Shown here: positions 50,301 to 53,300 of the stretch, piece by piece | How the letters are laid out: each line of letters starts with the position of its first letter | Numbering within the stretch: position 1 is the first letter of the stretch | Notes under the pieces: generated by a model | The model's input: only the letters and a program-made list of their open reading frames with translations | The model's database searches: none | What the model was told of the DNA's origin: nothing | DNA from: Mayamaea pseudoterrestris | Lineage: Eukaryota | Length of the DNA stretch: 64,000 nt | Direction: 5' to 3' | NCBI GenBank assembly: GCA_027923505.1 | Contig: BROI01000006.1 | Span: forward strand, 744,001 to 808,000 | Program-made: the position numbers and the translations under genes

Positions 50301-53300
50301 TACTCCGCTGTATCTACTCAAAGACGGATCATCATTGCTCACGCCTGCATAGTCTTTACTACGAAGTCTTTGAAGTGCCTTCTCCATGTCCCCGTCTAAC
50401 TTTGTGTGACCTTTAAAATCGGCAATGGGTGCTTGGAACGATACCATTGAGGCATCATCGACATGCGGGAGAGTGCCTGATGAGCGCATCCAAGCCAAAG
50501 CGTCTGACATTGCTTTGGCTCTCTTCTGTTCGCTACTAAGCTGGTCAGTTGGCGCGACGGACACGTCATCCACTCCAATTGCAGCGCCACCCTGAAGCCA
50601 CTTCACTGCATTTGCAACATCATTCGGCATCTTATCAAGCTTAGTCCCCCCAGCTGACTTGAATGAAGCAAGCGAAGCATCATCTGCAGATGATTTTATC
50701 CAATTTAGCGCATCAGCCATTGTTTTTGCGCGCTTCTGTTCCTCAGTCAGCGGCCGAACGGCCACGCTGCGATTGGAGGCTACCGAAGCATCATCGAGTT
50801 CCCCTGTCTTCTGAATGTCTGTTCCTCTGAGCCAATTCAGAGCTTGTGCCATGTCACTACGGGGAGTAGGATCATCGATCGAACGGAAAGAAAGAACTGA
50901 TGCATCGTCGACAGGTCCTGAATCGCCAGGAACATTATTTCCTTTCAACCAATTCAACGCATCTGACATATCACGAGATCGCCTCTGCTCATCATTGAGC
51001 TCAGGGTCGGCACGAGTTCCTCTGCTAGCGAATGAATCGTCGTCAAATCCAGGCATCTTGGGAACCCCCCCACGTAGCCAGTCCAAAGCATCTGCCGTAC
51101 CACCAGCACCTCGCCCAACTTTACTACCTCCAATGGACTTAAACGATGACGCAATGGAGATGTTGTCGGTATCGTTCGCATCAGCATTACCAGGGTTTCG
51201 CATCCACGCAAGAGCGTCAGCCATTTCCTTCGCCCTTAACTCTTCCGTAGACGGGCGCGCAAAGTCCCCGGCAATTTGCGATCGGCCGATTGACGAAAGG
51301 TCGTCCAGATCATCGAACCCTTTCAAGTTAGATTCGCGTCTTATCCAATCCAAACCCGAGACCATGTCAGCTTGGCGCAATGCACCTGGTGCTCCAAGAC
51401 CTAATGACTTGAAAGACGCGACGGATGGATCATCAAGCACCAGAGCAGCATCATTTGATCGCAACCAGCTTAAAGCGTTCTGCATTTCAGAAGCACGTAA
51501 TTCTTCTTCCGTCTTGGGAAGTATACCGGCTGCTTTAGCTCTTTTGAATGATGTTCCCACAGAGACGTCATCGAGTCCACGGTCAATATCTATCTCTCGG
51601 TGTCTGATGAAGTTCAACGCGTTTTCCATCGTGCCTATAATGTCGGCTTGATCCTTGTCCCTAGCACCTGGTACAATTGCCTCGATTTTCTGCATCGTCA
51701 TTACTGACATCTCGTCTAGATCAGGATCGTCATAGTTGAGATCGTTGTTACGGAGCCATCCAAGAGCATCCTCCATCTCCTTGACTCGCTTTTCCTCTTC
51801 AGTCAAGGTATCGTTAAATGTAAGTGCACGAGGAATCTGCAGGACCCCACGCTTTGAGTCAGCGACCGAATACTCGTCGATCGCTCGAGAATCCTTCCCT
51901 CGAAGCCAATTTAACGCATTAGTAATCTCATTGGCTTCGTCGATAGCCCCTTGAGGAACCTTTCCTTCATGTACGACATGGTCAAGCCATTTGAAAGCCG
52001 ACTTAAGCTTGCGATCGAGCGTGTCAGCTTCATCAGGAACGACAAGTCCGTTCCGAACAGCAAAAATGCGACCTACATCCGTCCACCACTTTAAAAGGGG
52101 CTTCAGCTCGGCAAATTTTGCATACAAATTATCCAGTTCAGAAGGAATGGGGTCCTCCTGCTTCGGCACTCTCGTCCACCAAGTAGCAGTCGCCTTCACC
52201 TTTTCGAGCTTGCCCTTGTCCGACTTCGGGAGCATAACTTTCGGCTGTGGTGGCCCCTGGAACCAGCTCATGATGTCTTTCATGTTCGCATCAAGTTCAG
52301 AGACCATTTCATCATTAGCATTCGGTCCACGCGTCCATGCCAACACATCAATCTCTTTTTCCGATCCTTTCCAGCTATTGACGATTTGGGCCAAATCCAA
52401 AAGAAGGTCAAGCTTGGATCTATCAACGCTGGAGAGCTTATCTGGATTGCATACGAACTGAGCATTTCGCCACCACTGCAATGCTTCAGACAACTCCTTA
52501 CACATGCTCTTCGTTTCTTTTGCTGACTGTGGGCGACGTCCGGGAGCCCAAAGAGAGAACAACCGATCAAGTAATTCGGCGCGAGCTGGATCATCAACAT
52601 CCAAACCCTTACTGCGATTACGACCCCATAACAGCAGCTCCTCCATGGTTATGACAGCTTCCTTCGCTTGCTTGGGGTCGAGTGCTCGGAAATTGCTCCA
52701 AAACTGAGCAAGATCTTTAGCTTTTTGCATCATTTCCTCTTCGGTAATCGCTTCTGCACTGACATCCTTGCCATTCTTGCTGAACCATCTTAATTGTGCT
52801 TCCAAGGCTCTAGCTTGTTCGAGTGACTCAGCTCGATTAATGTCCGCGAGACAGAAGTTTAAATTACCGGCAGCTCTCAGTTCAGTAGGATCCGCCATCC
52901 AGGCAAGCGCATCACTGACATTCTGAGCATAAAACATAAACTCTCCAGCTTGCTTCCGAGCTTTCTCGACGTCAAATGATCTCCCATCTCGTTCATACCA
53001 AGAGAACGCATCCAACATCTCATGTGCGTATATTTTTGCGTCACCCGCGCTGATATCACCGTACTGCTTCGTTCGGCGCCATTCCAATAGCGACTCCAGC
53101 ACATTCTTCATGGCCGTTTCCGTTTTAGGATCCTTGAGCTTAGGCATGTCGACCAACCTTACATGACTCCCCATTCTGTCCCAATCGCTGAGCGCATCAG
53201 CCACAGTTTTAATCGAGGTTGGGTTCCGCATGAATGCCATCAGATCGTTATCACTTGCCGTGCAAAACTGCGAAAAAATATGCTTGAGTTTATCCACTAC